28,840 nt of DNA from Cyanobacteria bacterium P01_A01_bin.123 (GCA_039815185.1 JBCBZT010000074.1:1-28840), one strand, 5' to 3'. Positions 1 through 9,962 are shown, counted from the stretch's first letter. Translations and numbers: made by a program. Notes: a model not told the origin generated them from the letters alone.

Positions 1-1632
1 CTGTAAACAGGAGGATAGATGAATCGCTTTCGGACTCAGATCCAGCTTCCCTGCTTCAATCTTGGATAAGTCCAAAATGTCGTTGATCATATCCAACAAG
101 TGAGCCCCACATTGGTGGATGACTTTGACCTGTTGTTGTACCGTGTTGGGCAAAGCAGGCGATCTCTCCAATACCTGGGCGTAGCCCAGAATCCCATTCA
201 GTGGCGTGCGTAGTTCATGGCTCATATTGGCTAAAAACTGACTTTTGGCCTGGTTGGCAAACTCAGCTTGTTCTTTGGCAACTTCGAGTTCGGCGGTACG
301 GTTCTGCACCCGTTGGTCAAGCTCTGCGTTGGTTTGCTCCAGAACCTGAAATGAGTCCTTGAGCTGCTTGGCCATCGTGTTAAACGCCTGCCCCAGACGG
401 CTCAATTCACGAGTGCCTTTAACCGTCACGGTTTGGTTCAACTGGCCGGCAGTCAAATTCTCTGAGGCAGTTTGTAACTTGACGATGGGATTAACAATCC
501 AACGGGTAGTGAGAATACCCAGCACAATCACAACCCCCAGAGCACCCAAACAGAGCCAGAGGGTGGTGCGGGCACTGGCATAAATCTCAGCCATAAAGTC
601 TGACTCAGGAACCACCACCACGATCAACCAATCTAAGCCTTCCTGCACTCCATAGGGTTGGACTTGCAGAAAATAAGTTTGGCCATCAATTTGATAGCGA
701 GTTTGAATATTGTCCTCAATCCACGCTAAATCATCAAACTGCTCTTGCAGGTAGCTTGCCGATCGGCGAATCAAACTATTTTGACTCTCAAAAGTACTTA
801 ACCGCCCTAATTTGAAGGGTTCTGAGCTGACAATCGCGTAAGGCAGCTCTGCTGTAGAAGAGGCGACAAGATCACCAGATCGCTCAATAATAAAAACTTC
901 TCCAGACTGAGCAACATCTAGTTGACGCAGGTAATTACTAATATCTAATAATGAAACCGAAATCCCTAAAACCCCTTCCAGGTTTCCTGAGTCATCATAA
1001 ATTGGCGTAACGGTATCAATACTAATGTTTCCTTCATCAGTCCAGAAATAGATTGGCGTCCAGGTCATTTCACCCACTCGTTGGGCACGCTTAAACCAAG
1101 GTCTGGTCAGTGGATCATAGTTTTCAATAATCTTGGCCACCTGCTCTTCAAGATTGCCATAGTCATCAACTAAATAATGTTTTTTAATATTTTCGTTTTT
1201 GTCGTATACACCGATTGTCAATTCTCCTTTGACATAGAAAGTTTCGATTATCTGAGCATCTTCGGTGCTGAAATAAATGCTTGAAATGTTGTCATACAAA
1301 TTGATGTGTCGCCAGATAAAGAGCTGCCAGACTCGATCAACGTTATCGACATCCAGTTCTCTGGTTTGAATTGAACTTTTTAAATTTTCAGTGATGACTA
1401 CAGGGTCATCGAGATAAATATTCAGGCGTTCAGTAATTCGGTCTGTGACCTCATTTTGCAATTGAGAAACTGTACTCTCTACTGCGCTCTTACCACTTCT
1501 AAAGGAGAGATAACCGACCAGGCTGACAGCGACAAACAGTTGCAGAATAAACGGAACAATCAGGACTGTACGCAAAGATAGAAAGCCAATTTTTTGTCGC
1601 TCGGGATGATGAGTGGGGTTTGGAGAAGCCAT
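1..1632 (-). CDS. Membrane sensor histidine kinase (TM-dCache-TM-HAMP-HisKA), probably hybrid; 3' end runs off the window
   Basis: Manual translation from ATG at 1632 is open to base 1: [44 protein letters not shown] (TM1); YDPLTRPWF and WTPIYFW (Cache motifs); [28 protein letters not shown] to [13 protein letters not shown] (TM2 and HAMP); [22 protein letters not shown] (H-box); [18 protein letters not shown] motif ([16 protein letters not shown]). Missing from the ORF track because there is no stop in the window. Confidence 0.93.
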   Translation of the reverse strand, partial: MASPNPTHHPERQKIGFLSLRTVLIVPFILQLFVAVSLVGYLSFRSGKSAVESTVSQLQNEVTDRITERLNIYLDDPVVITENLKSSIQTRELDVDNVDRVWQLFIWRHINLYDNISSIYFSTEDAQIIETFYVKGELTIGVYDKNENIKKHYLVDDYGNLEEQVAKIIENYDPLTRPWFKRAQRVGEMTWTPIYFWTDEGNISIDTVTPIYDDSGNLEGVLGISVSLLDISNYLRQLDVAQSGEVFIIERSGDLVASSTAELPYAIVSSEPFKLGRLSTFESQNSLIRRSASYLQEQFDDLAWIEDNIQTRYQIDGQTYFLQVQPYGVQEGLDWLIVVVVPESDFMAEIYASARTTLWLCLGALGVVIVLGILTTRWIVNPIVKLQTASENLTAGQLNQTVTVKGTRELSRLGQAFNTMAKQLKDSFQVLEQTNAELDQRVQNRTAELEVAKEQAEFANQAKSQFLANMSHELRTPLNGILGYAQVLERSPALPNTVQQQVKVIHQCGAHLLDMINDILDLSKIEAGKLDLSPKAIHLSSCLQ

Positions 1633-1657
1633 AGATTTAATCTGCTATGATACAGCT

Positions 1658-3004
1658 TTAAATTGGGTCTTCAGTAGCCCTTATCCTCGTCAATTGCAAT
1701 CGAAGTTGCTGAAGTCGAAGCTGATTACGAATTCGGCAGTGCAGCTCTAAGATTTGCAGGGGTTTAGTCACATAGTCGTTGCCCCCAACCGCAAACCCTT
1801 TCACTTTGTCCCATGCCTCATCTAGCGCACTTACAAAAATAACTGGGATGCGTTTGATCTGATCGTTCGCTCTTAATTGATGACAAACAGCATACCCACT
1901 CATATCGGGTAAGTTAATATCTAATAGAACCAGATCTGGCATAACCTTCGGGGCAAATCTCAAAGCCTCAGTCCCAGTTGATGCTTGCCAGACGGCATAC
2001 CCCTCTTCTTTCAGCAGATGAGCTATCAACGATAGATTTTTAGCATCATCATCCACCACCATAATGGATGCTTTGCCAGCCAACTGCTTGTCCACAGACG
2101 AATCCTGGAGGGTAGCCCCGAGTTGGGAGGATTCTTCCCCTGGGTTTTGATCACCCAGGCTGGATAGCTGGGCTCGGGCAGCTCCAATTTGGATCTGATG
2201 ATCGATTCGCACAAAAGCTTCTATGGTGTCGAACGGTTTCGTGATGTAGTCTGTTCCACCCACGGAAAATGCCTGCACCTTATCCCAAGACTCATCTAAA
2301 GCACTCACAAAAATCACCGGGATGAGTTGCGTGCGAGGATCAGCTTTGAGTTGCCGACAGACCTCGTACCCGTTCATCCCTGGCATATTCACATCAAGTA
2401 AAATCAAGTCTGGCAGCAGCACCCCTACTTTTTTCAACGCCTCTGCCCCACTTTGGGCTGACCAAACTTGGTACTCTTCATTTTTCAACATGTGGGTCAG
2501 CAACTCTAAATTGTGGGGCTGATCATCCACAACAAGAATCCAGGGAACCGATGAGCTACGCTGTTGAGGACTAGTCGCATCATCGGCAGTTGGTGTTGCT
2601 ATGTCTTCGGCGTTTGACTCTGCCATGCCTTCGACAAGCGCCCCATTCTCAAGGGATGTCACAGGGGTAGACGACAAACCGACATTGCTCGCATTAAAGT
2701 GCTGAAGTAGCAACACCCCGATATTCCGCCGAGTCACCTTTGTGACAAATATATCTGAGAATACGTTCCACAAATCACGGGCAGCAACAGTTCCGAGATA
2801 CGCACCAGAGTATCCCGTTTCAGCTCCAATTTGACTATAGGATTTTGATTTAGCTCCAGTAATTAACGCCTCTGCAAGCAAAAGCCTCAATACCTTACTT
2901 AGAGCTTTTCCCGTATGAGTAGTAAACAATTGGTTGGCAAATTCAAGTAGACGTTCAGAATCTGGCATCAGAAATAATTGAGAAACAACTCTGATGTTTA
3001 TCAT
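1658..3004 (-). CDS. Response regulator with N-terminal HTH-like domain and two tandem receiver domains (start may be ATG 2968, MPDSERLL)
   Basis: REC1 ILVVDD..PDLILLDVNMPGMNG..FVSA..YITKPF and REC2 IMVVDD..PDLVLLDINLPDMSG..FVSA..YVTKPL both keep the phospho-Asp, Ser and Lys. The N-terminus (HTGKALS..SYSQIGAETGYSGAYL..ARDLWNVFSDIFVTKVTRRNI) resembles the HTH found at the N-terminus of cyanobacterial NB-ARC/NACHT proteins. Confidence 0.88.
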   Translation of the reverse strand: MINIRVVSQLFLMPDSERLLEFANQLFTTHTGKALSKVLRLLLAEALITGAKSKSYSQIGAETGYSGAYLGTVAARDLWNVFSDIFVTKVTRRNIGVLLLQHFNASNVGLSSTPVTSLENGALVEGMAESNAEDIATPTADDATSPQQRSSSVPWILVVDDQPHNLELLTHMLKNEEYQVWSAQSGAEALKKVGVLLPDLILLDVNMPGMNGYEVCRQLKADPRTQLIPVIFVSALDESWDKVQAFSVGGTDYITKPFDTIEAFVRIDHQIQIGAARAQLSSLGDQNPGEESSQLGATLQDSSVDKQLAGKASIMVVDDDAKNLSLIAHLLKEEGYAVWQASTGTEALRFAPKVMPDLVLLDINLPDMSGYAVCHQLRANDQIKRIPVIFVSALDEAWDKVKGFAVGGNDYVTKPLQILELHCRIRNQLRLQQLRLQLTRIRATEDPI

Positions 3005-3223
3005 GCAGGGGTGACTGAAGGGTACCTGAAACGAAGTGCCATAAGCAAGGCGCTGCTATCCAAAAAACGAAACCGGTGGAGTGTTCAATAAGTTTGACGA
3101 CTTATCTTTCTAGGCATAGCTTTTGCCCTGATTTTAAGGTGAGATCACCCCAGTCACTTGGGGTAATTTTGGACTCCAAAAGGCCTAACTAGACACTACC
3201 TCATAATAATTTATTCCGCTTCC

Positions 3224-3519
3224 ATCGCAGTTCACGATGCTAGTCAGGGAGAATTTAATGCCGTCTCTGATGAGGAAATTTTGGAGGCCATCGATTGCTC
3301 GCCGCAGAAGAAGGCATCTTTTGCGAACCTGCCAGCGCAGCATCAGTTGCTGGCTTGTTGAAAGTCACATCACAAGTCCCTAACAACGCCACTATCGTCT
3401 GCGTACTGACTGGCAACGGCCTCAAAGATCCTGATACGGCGATCAAGCACAGCAACAATCAGTTTCACAGCGATCTGGCTTCGGACATTACAGCATTGGC
3501 AAACGTTATGGGCTTCTGA
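3224..3519 (+). pseudogene. thrC: Threonine synthase 3' remnant, 5'-truncated, with a 1-bp deletion near 3289-3291
   Basis: 3224-3289 reads [22 protein letters not shown]. After a frameshift (GCC AT CGA TTG, where GCC TAT CGA would be expected) it reads [39 protein letters not shown], the ThrC C-terminus. No N-terminal PLP-lysine region is present upstream. Confidence 0.88.
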
Positions 3520-3536
3520 TCTAAGCCACAGTGAGT

Positions 3537-4055
3537 TTAAGCTGAAGTCCCTTGTTGATGAGAAGCGCTCCCATCCGAGGCGGTTTCTGCTAAAGAGCGC
3601 GACGAGTTCTGAGAAAGCATATCGATCGTGTCTCCCAGCGCCATCGTTAGATTCTTACGGGTTTGAGCATGGGCGACCTGTTCTGAGTGGAGGGATTGAG
3701 CCAGGCGATCGTAGCGTAATAATGCCTCAATCAATTTTTTACTCAAGGCTTCGCTATCCAGCTGCGAAATCTCTGATTTAATCTGATTCAGATCGCGTTG
3801 CCCATTGTTGAGCCCTTGGGCAAGTGGGCCATCGTCAGCCATATCATGGTTCGCTGCTTCAAGCTTCTGGTTCAAGTCGCGAATCATATCCTTTAATTGC
3901 TGAGTCTCTGTTCGCCGCTGCTGCGCCTCTGTTTCATAGAGCCTGCGCCAATTCGCCGCACTCTTAAAAGCCGCATCACGCTCACTGGAAGTTTCTACCA
4001 ACCGACGTTGAAGGGTTCTAATTTCTATTAACCACTGGGCTACATCGCTTGCCAT
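3537..4055 (-). CDS. Hypothetical coiled-coil protein of a cyanobacterial type
   Basis: 172-aa ORF with heptad-rich helices (QWLIEIRTLQRRL, AANWRRLYETEAQQRR, HAQTRKNLTMALGDTID). Confidence 0.8.
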   Translation of the reverse strand: MASDVAQWLIEIRTLQRRLVETSSERDAAFKSAANWRRLYETEAQQRRTETQQLKDMIRDLNQKLEAANHDMADDGPLAQGLNNGQRDLNQIKSEISQLDSEALSKKLIEALLRYDRLAQSLHSEQVAHAQTRKNLTMALGDTIDMLSQNSSRSLAETASDGSASHQQGTSA

Positions 4056-4147
4056 AGGATGGTTGTTACCTTAAAGACACATAGAGAAAACAGCGAGTGG
4101 AGGGTAGGAAAGCGGCTAAATCGCACATTTTGATGATGGCACCCATT

Positions 4148-5617
4148 CTAAAAGAGAATCTCAACCAGTGTTTGCGGCGCTGGTAAAACAATCATAACGA
4201 GTAAGGCTAAGGAAAACAGCCCCCAGCTATCCCGCTGATTATCAAGTTCACTTACATCGTTCAATGCTGGTTCATCAACAGCAGGAATAAAAAACAACAA
4301 AATCGCCCACAACATAAATTCGCGATGGATAAAGGCCAGTCCTAAAACCAGGAGCCGCGCCACTTGACCAATCACCGCTCCCATCCGTTGACCATACATC
4401 GCGTGAACGATATGCCCCCCGTCCAACTGACCCACGGGCATCAAATTTAACGCAGTCACCACCAAGCCCAAACATCCAGACACCGCTACAGGATGCAGCT
4501 GAACAGCACTATTAGCAGATAGCGTCGTGCCTAAAGCAATTTTGCACAGCAGCAGTAGCAGTACTGAAGCGCTGGGATCAAGCGCCTGAAAATTGAGTAG
4601 GCTGGCGTCATCAGGCATCTCGACAATAGTCGAGTGACTTAATCCCCAAATTAACAAGGGTAATGTGATCACCAAACCAGCCATCGGCCCAGCAATGCCA
4701 ACATCAAATAGGGCACGACGATTAGGGACAGGCGATCGCATTTGAATAAATGCCCCAAAGGTACCTAAGAAGAAAGGAACTGGGATGAAATAAGGCAGTG
4801 TTGTCCGAATCTTGTGATGACGGGCCACCAGATAGTGGCCTAGCTCATGGGTTCCCAAAATCGCGATTAAGGCAAGCGCATAAGGTAAGCCTTTTAAGAA
4901 TAGGCTGGGGTCAGCCTGCAGCGACGCTTCAGTCACCCCAATAATAAACACACCCGTCGCTGTCGTTGTAAACAAAGTCATCAACAACAGCCCTAGCGCT
5001 AACCCAGGCCGGCTCAACTTTTCCGAACGACTAGTGGCCTTCTCCTTATCACGGGGATTAGGGACTAGAGCGAAAAAAGGCTTGCCGTTGAGCCCCTCTT
5101 GAAAGACCACCAAAAACCGTTGGCCAAACTTAGACTCGACATTACTGCGCACAGTGTCGTATGCAATATTTGGCGTTGCCCGCAGCTGCCCCCGACAAAT
5201 CATCGCTTGGGGGCGATACTCAATATTCTGTAAGTAATAGACCGACCAAGGAAAACAGTTGTGAAGCCGAGCCTCTTCCTCCTTGTCGATCGGGCGTAAG
5301 GTTGAACGCGGTTCTGCCATCGGAGTGGATGACGTAGATTGCGTGGAGGGCTCATTTGTATTGGGCTTCGGACTTGGCACCCGCCCCTGCTGAATCAAAT
5401 ACCAATAGATAACCGGACAAATAATGAATAGACTTAAAAGCAACGCTGGCGGAAACGGCTCTTCTTGACCTTGGGTAACACTCCAAGCAGTCAACACAAA
5501 GGCCGGAGCCATCATCACCAGCCACAGCAACCAAGTGGGCGTACGAGTAATGTTGGCGACGCTCCGCTGCACCACAAAATATGTAAATATTCCCAGGAGA
5601 ATCAACCAAAAAAGCAT
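4148..5617 (-). CDS. Site-2 protease (M50) family intramembrane zinc metalloprotease
   Basis: HELGH zinc motif, GTFGAFI, DVGIAGP and NLMPVGQLDGGHI motifs, multiple TM helices. Confidence 0.93.
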   Translation of the reverse strand: MLFWLILLGIFTYFVVQRSVANITRTPTWLLWLVMMAPAFVLTAWSVTQGQEEPFPPALLLSLFIICPVIYWYLIQQGRVPSPKPNTNEPSTQSTSSTPMAEPRSTLRPIDKEEEARLHNCFPWSVYYLQNIEYRPQAMICRGQLRATPNIAYDTVRSNVESKFGQRFLVVFQEGLNGKPFFALVPNPRDKEKATSRSEKLSRPGLALGLLLMTLFTTTATGVFIIGVTEASLQADPSLFLKGLPYALALIAILGTHELGHYLVARHHKIRTTLPYFIPVPFFLGTFGAFIQMRSPVPNRRALFDVGIAGPMAGLVITLPLLIWGLSHSTIVEMPDDASLLNFQALDPSASVLLLLLCKIALGTTLSANSAVQLHPVAVSGCLGLVVTALNLMPVGQLDGGHIVHAMYGQRMGAVIGQVARLLVLGLAFIHREFMLWAILLFFIPAVDEPALNDVSELDNQRDSWGLFSLALLVMIVLPAPQTLVEILF

Positions 5618-6066
5618 GGGCTAGTGTTGCTTTGAGCGCACTCTAAACACATTGGAAAGCCTAGCGGACTCAATCGTTCAACGCCCCTTACAAGGCATTC
5701 AGTTAGAACCTTACAGGAGTTAAAGAATTATCAACGCTCCGACACACATATTGACTAAGACCATCCATAGTAACAGGACACGTCAATCCCCACTATAGCC
5801 TTACCCGTCATATTGGTCTGTAGACTAAGTCATAGATTGCCGAAAATATCTTGGACGTTAATGCCTAATGCTACTGGGCTTGGACCCAAGTGCCATAAGC
5901 CGTCTAGCCAAAGTTATTGCTAGGATTCTTAAAGATTGCATGAGGATTTAGGGGAAACTGAGATTCACATCAGCATAAACTGCATCCGATTAAAGACTTG
6001 CGCAGGGGACTGCCCTCTATAACTAGGAAAAACTATTGATCTGGGTGTGGACGAGGTTGAAGGTTA

Positions 6067-6741
6067 ATGACAGAGAAAAAAGCACGTCAGGTCTTCGAGA
6101 CCATTTTCGCATTTCCACCCAATCGGGCAACCTTGGGCGGGACGGCCTACCTGGTCTTGGATCATCATGAACAGCATCAGCCGGCAAATATTTTGGTTGA
6201 TTGTCCGCCTTGGAATGATCAGACCATTCGCTTCATTGAGATCAATGGAGGAATACGGTGGTTAACCATTACCCATCGCGGCGCTGCAGGGGCAGCGAAA
6301 CAATTCCAGCGTCACTTCCAATGTGCCATCGTTGTGCAGGAACAAGAGGCTTACTTACTGCCAGGATGTGATGTTCAAACCTTTCACGAGAACCTCCGGT
6401 TAACTGCACTCAGTGATTTACGATGGACACCCGGTTATTCTCCCGGATCATCCTGTCTCTACCACTGGCGCTATGGGGGTGTGTTGTTTAGTGGACGCCA
6501 TCTTTTACCGACGCACACAGGAAAACCCCAACCGATCAGATTTTCTAAGACTTTCCATTGGCCTAGGCAACTACACCAAGTAGACCGTCTCCGGACAAGC
6601 TTGAGTGAGGTGGATTTAAGCTATATCTGTCCAGGAGCAAATACAGGCTTCTTGAGGGGTAACTACGCGATCGCTAGTGCCCACCAGTCCTTGCAATCAT
6701 TAGACCTCAATGAATTACAACATCAAAAACCGCTGCTCTAG
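6067..6741 (+). CDS. Metallo-beta-lactamase-fold protein with degenerate metal ligands
   Basis: ILVDCP, WLTITHRG, WTPGYSPGSSCL, LFSGRHLLP and ICPG occur in MBL-fold order, but the canonical HxHxDH motif is absent. Confidence 0.8.
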   Translation: MTEKKARQVFETIFAFPPNRATLGGTAYLVLDHHEQHQPANILVDCPPWNDQTIRFIEINGGIRWLTITHRGAAGAAKQFQRHFQCAIVVQEQEAYLLPGCDVQTFHENLRLTALSDLRWTPGYSPGSSCLYHWRYGGVLFSGRHLLPTHTGKPQPIRFSKTFHWPRQLHQVDRLRTSLSEVDLSYICPGANTGFLRGNYAIASAHQSLQSLDLNELQHQKPLL

Positions 6742-6749
6742 AGCATCTT

Positions 6750-7991
6750 CTACGCAGCGGGGGGGTCCGCCACGACTAAAGCTCCTTTAAGCTGATCGAC
6801 AGCGGCAAGATACTGATAATCTCGATCGGTCCCCATATCTTCTCGCCGAATCGGATCTCGCAGCGGCACTACTCGATCAGGTCGGATGCCAGAACGGTTA
6901 ATATCACGGTGATTGGGCGTTTCATATTTGGCCACAGTAACTGCCAAACCTGATCCATCGGACAAATCAAACAAAGACTGAATCAACCCCTTGCCAAAGG
7001 TTGTATTACCGACTAGCTCTGCCCGACCATTGTCTTGCAAAGCGCCGGCTAGGATTTCGCTAGCGCTCGCAGTTCCCTGATTGACTAAAACCACTAAAGG
7101 CGCCTGGGTTAAGGCTGAGCCTGTGGCTTCAAAGCTATCAAAGATACCTTGGCGGTTAACGGTGTAGACAATCGTGCCGTTGTCGAGCCATAAACGAGCA
7201 GTGGCAATACCCGCCTGGAGCAGCCCTCCGGGATTATTACGCAAATCTAAGACGTAAGCGTTGGCCCCTTGAGTTGACAACTGCTGCATAGCCTCAGATA
7301 AATCATGGGCGGCATTGCTATTGAATTGACTGAGGCGCAAATAACCAATATTTATCCCATCTGATTGGGGACGCAACGCTGCGGTGACCGGATTGAGTGA
7401 AATCCGATCGCGCTCCAGAGATACATTAAACACTTTCCCTTGCCGCGCTAGGGTCAACACAACCTCTGTGCCAACCGCACCTCGCATCAGATGAGCGGCT
7501 TCATCAAGGGTCATCGCTTCAGTCAACAACCCGTCAATTTGAGCGATTGTATCCTTGGGTTGAATATCGGCACTGGCAGCGGGGGACCCTTCTATGGGGG
7601 CAATCACCGTTAACTGCTCAGTATCCTTATCTTTGGCAATCTGCAATCCAACCCCAGTCAACTCTCCAGCCGTATTAGTTTGCAGCGTCCGGTACTGCTC
7701 AGGTCGCAGCAAGCGAGTGTAGGGGTCATCCAAAGACGCGAGCATAGCCTGAATTGCGTCGTAGGTAGTACCGCGATTGGGAAAATCTTGTTGCACCAAA
7801 CGCTGACGCACAAACCACCAGTTTTGATGGTTAAAGCTGTCATCCAAATAAGACCGACTGACAATACGCCACACCTCGGCAATGAGCTTCTGCTCATCAC
7901 TCAAGGCGATCGCGGGGGCCTGGCTCAACCCTAACCACACGATCGTAGCAATCGCCAAACAAACCAAACATCTCAAACTTTTTTTGATCAT
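6750..7991 (-). CDS. ctpA: Carboxyl-terminal processing protease (S41, D1-processing CtpA)
   Basis: Signal peptide, LDDPYT, PDZ GVGLQI, LDLRNNPGG, TASASEILAGALQD (catalytic Ser) and TFGKGLIQ (catalytic Lys). Divergent from petB, an arrangement known in cyanobacteria. Confidence 0.9.
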   Translation of the reverse strand: MIKKSLRCLVCLAIATIVWLGLSQAPAIALSDEQKLIAEVWRIVSRSYLDDSFNHQNWWFVRQRLVQQDFPNRGTTYDAIQAMLASLDDPYTRLLRPEQYRTLQTNTAGELTGVGLQIAKDKDTEQLTVIAPIEGSPAASADIQPKDTIAQIDGLLTEAMTLDEAAHLMRGAVGTEVVLTLARQGKVFNVSLERDRISLNPVTAALRPQSDGINIGYLRLSQFNSNAAHDLSEAMQQLSTQGANAYVLDLRNNPGGLLQAGIATARLWLDNGTIVYTVNRQGIFDSFEATGSALTQAPLVVLVNQGTASASEILAGALQDNGRAELVGNTTFGKGLIQSLFDLSDGSGLAVTVAKYETPNHRDINRSGIRPDRVVPLRDPIRREDMGTDRDYQYLAAVDQLKGALVVADPPAA

Positions 7992-8144
7992 TGCCGTCTT
8001 TGAAATAAAGCAGATCGCGAAAAAACGTTAATTTTAGCCTTGGCGTGATTTACCAGACTTAACTGCCGTTGCCTGGGCAAGTGAAGATAATAACCATACT
8101 CCCTGGCGCAATTACCCCATCCCCGTGGTTCGACACAATCTAGA

Positions 8145-8162
8145 AATTTAAAGTTTTGTAAA
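8145..8162 (-). promoter_or_regulatory. HLR1-like RpaB binding site next to a putative ctpA -10 box
   Basis: Minus strand TTTACAAA-AC-TTTAAATT matches (G/T)TTACA(T/A)(T/A)-N2 direct repeat with one mismatch. It is followed 2 nt later by TAGATT (8137-8142). Confidence 0.55.
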
Positions 8163-8391
8163 AGTTCTGAGGGAGCTCAAGCCTACCAAGATCTGGCCAG
8201 AAACTGCGAGCTCCAGTTCAAATCACCTGATTGACTGCTTTTACAAGATTTAGCCAGGTGGCAGAAATAGGGCTCAGCAGCGATCGCCACTGATAAAACG
8301 CTGATAAAACACCGTTATCGGTCTCAGTTTGACTTTGTGCTATGTTACATTTTCTATTGACAGCAATACATAACTATTAAGCTTTCGCTTC

Positions 8392-9060
8392 ATGTTTACT
8401 AAGCAAGTCACCGATTCAAAAGCCTATCAGTGGTTTAATGAGCGGCTTGAGATTCAGGCCTTGGCCGATGATATCTCCAGCAAGTACGTCCCTCCCCACG
8501 TCAATATTTTTTATTGCTTGGGTGGTATTACTCTGGTCTGTTTTCTAATCCAGTTTGCCACTGGATTCGCAATGACGTTCTATTACAAGCCAACGGTTAC
8601 TGAGGCATTCACATCAATTCAATACCTGATGACAGATGTCAACTTTGGTTGGCTGATCCGCTCTGTGCATCGCTGGTCTGCCAGTATGATGGTGTTGATG
8701 ATGATTCTTCACGTTTTTCGGGTTTATCTTACTGGTGGATTCAAGAATCCCCGTGAGTTAACTTGGATAACGGGTGTGATTCTGGGTGTGATCACCGTAA
8801 CTTTTGGTGTCACAGGCTACTCCCTGCCCTGGGATCAGCTTGGATACTGGGCAGTAAAGATTGTGTCAGGCGTACCTAGCGCGATTCCTGTTGTGGGTGA
8901 CTCCATTGTTGAGTTGCTACGCGGTGGAGACAGTGTGGGTCAGGCCACACTCACTCGGTTCTACAGCCTACACACCTTTGTTCTGCCTTGGTCGATTGCA
9001 GTCTTCATGCTGCTTCATTTTCTGATGATTCGGAAGCAAGGCATTTCTGGGCCTTTGTAA
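8392..9060 (+). CDS. petB: Cytochrome b6
   Basis: 222 aa; [18 protein letters not shown] (heme ci Cys), [49 protein letters not shown]. Confidence 0.99.
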   Translation: MFTKQVTDSKAYQWFNERLEIQALADDISSKYVPPHVNIFYCLGGITLVCFLIQFATGFAMTFYYKPTVTEAFTSIQYLMTDVNFGWLIRSVHRWSASMMVLMMILHVFRVYLTGGFKNPRELTWITGVILGVITVTFGVTGYSLPWDQLGYWAVKIVSGVPSAIPVVGDSIVELLRGGDSVGQATLTRFYSLHTFVLPWSIAVFMLLHFLMIRKQGISGPL

Positions 9061-9153
9061 GGCTGTTTGATTAAGCTTTGGTTGACTGCCAGCCAGCGCT
9101 CAAGATACGCGTTTTGATGACGTCAGTTTGATGCTAGGAGAAGCTTTTAGCAA

Positions 9154-9636
9154 ATGTCAACACTCAAAAAGCCGGATCTCAGTGATCCTAAGTTAAGAGA
9201 AAAGCTAAAGCAGGGTATGGGGCATAACTATTACGGTGAGCCTGCTTGGCCTAACGATCTGCTTTACACCTTCCCAATTGTGATTCTCGGTACGATTGCC
9301 TGCTGTGTTTCCCTTGCAGTCCTCGATCCTGCCATGGTTGGTGAGCCCGCCAATCCGTTTGCAACTCCTCTGGAAATCTTGCCAGAGTGGTATCTCTATC
9401 CTGTGTTTCAGGTTTTGCGGATCGTGCCCAACAAACTCCTAGGTGTGCTGTTGCAAACAGCGATTCCTTTGGGCCTAATGTTGGTGCCTTTTATTGAGAA
9501 CGTCAACAAGTTCCAAAACCCCTTCCGTCGCCCGGTGGCAACCACCGTGTTCTTGTTTGGTACGGTCGTTACACTTTGGCTCGGCATTGGGGCAACTTTC
9601 CCGATTGATGAGTCTTTGACGCTTGGGTTGTTCTAG
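9154..9636 (+). CDS. petD: Cytochrome b6f subunit IV
   Basis: 160 aa; [17 protein letters not shown] and [10 protein letters not shown] motifs; AGGAG RBS upstream; follows petB. Confidence 0.99.
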   Translation: MSTLKKPDLSDPKLREKLKQGMGHNYYGEPAWPNDLLYTFPIVILGTIACCVSLAVLDPAMVGEPANPFATPLEILPEWYLYPVFQVLRIVPNKLLGVLLQTAIPLGLMLVPFIENVNKFQNPFRRPVATTVFLFGTVVTLWLGIGATFPIDESLTLGLF

Positions 9637-9720
9637 AGCAATCTTTCAAAGCGTTTGTACAGCGTCAGCCATCGACATTTTGTCAGCAGCGCTTAAGTTG
9701 TTTTAGGTAACGAAACGTTC

Positions 9721-9795
9721 AGAACCGTTTGTCTAAGTTTTCGTGAGTCTTATCTGGCTTATGGGAATCTTAGAGAGGCGGTTCTTTGTGTTTTG
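9721..9795 (+). terminator. Long imperfect hairpin plus T-rich tail at the petBD 3' end
   Basis: AGAACCG/CGGTTCT and TCTAAG/CTTAGA arms with inner G-U pairs that form only in the + strand RNA, followed by TTTGTGTTTT. Confidence 0.6.
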
Positions 9796-9962
9796 ACAAA
9801 GCCTTGATGTGGCGTCTCAGCCTCCAGCAAAGATTTTATAAACGATCCTCGAGTTGGACTTAGCTGACAGCGGATCTTGCTAGGATCTACGCATCGCTCA
9901 AGGGATAGTTTTGACGCAATTGGAGAATCACTCAGCATAATCAGTTCCTATTCATTACTGCT

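Noticed and set aside
359..583. 74-aa + strand ORF and other short ORFs overlapping long genes (e.g. 16150-16479, 21810-22157, 26618-26998)
   Set aside because: Antisense or off-frame to well-supported genes, with no recognisable motifs.
3295..3519. 74-aa ORF as a functional small protein
   Set aside because: It is the post-frameshift part of the thrC remnant, and the TTG is an internal Leu codon.
1..4700. Absence of HIP1 as proof of horizontal transfer
   Set aside because: A similar gap of about 4 kb covers the core Ycf46 operon, so this is weak evidence on its own.
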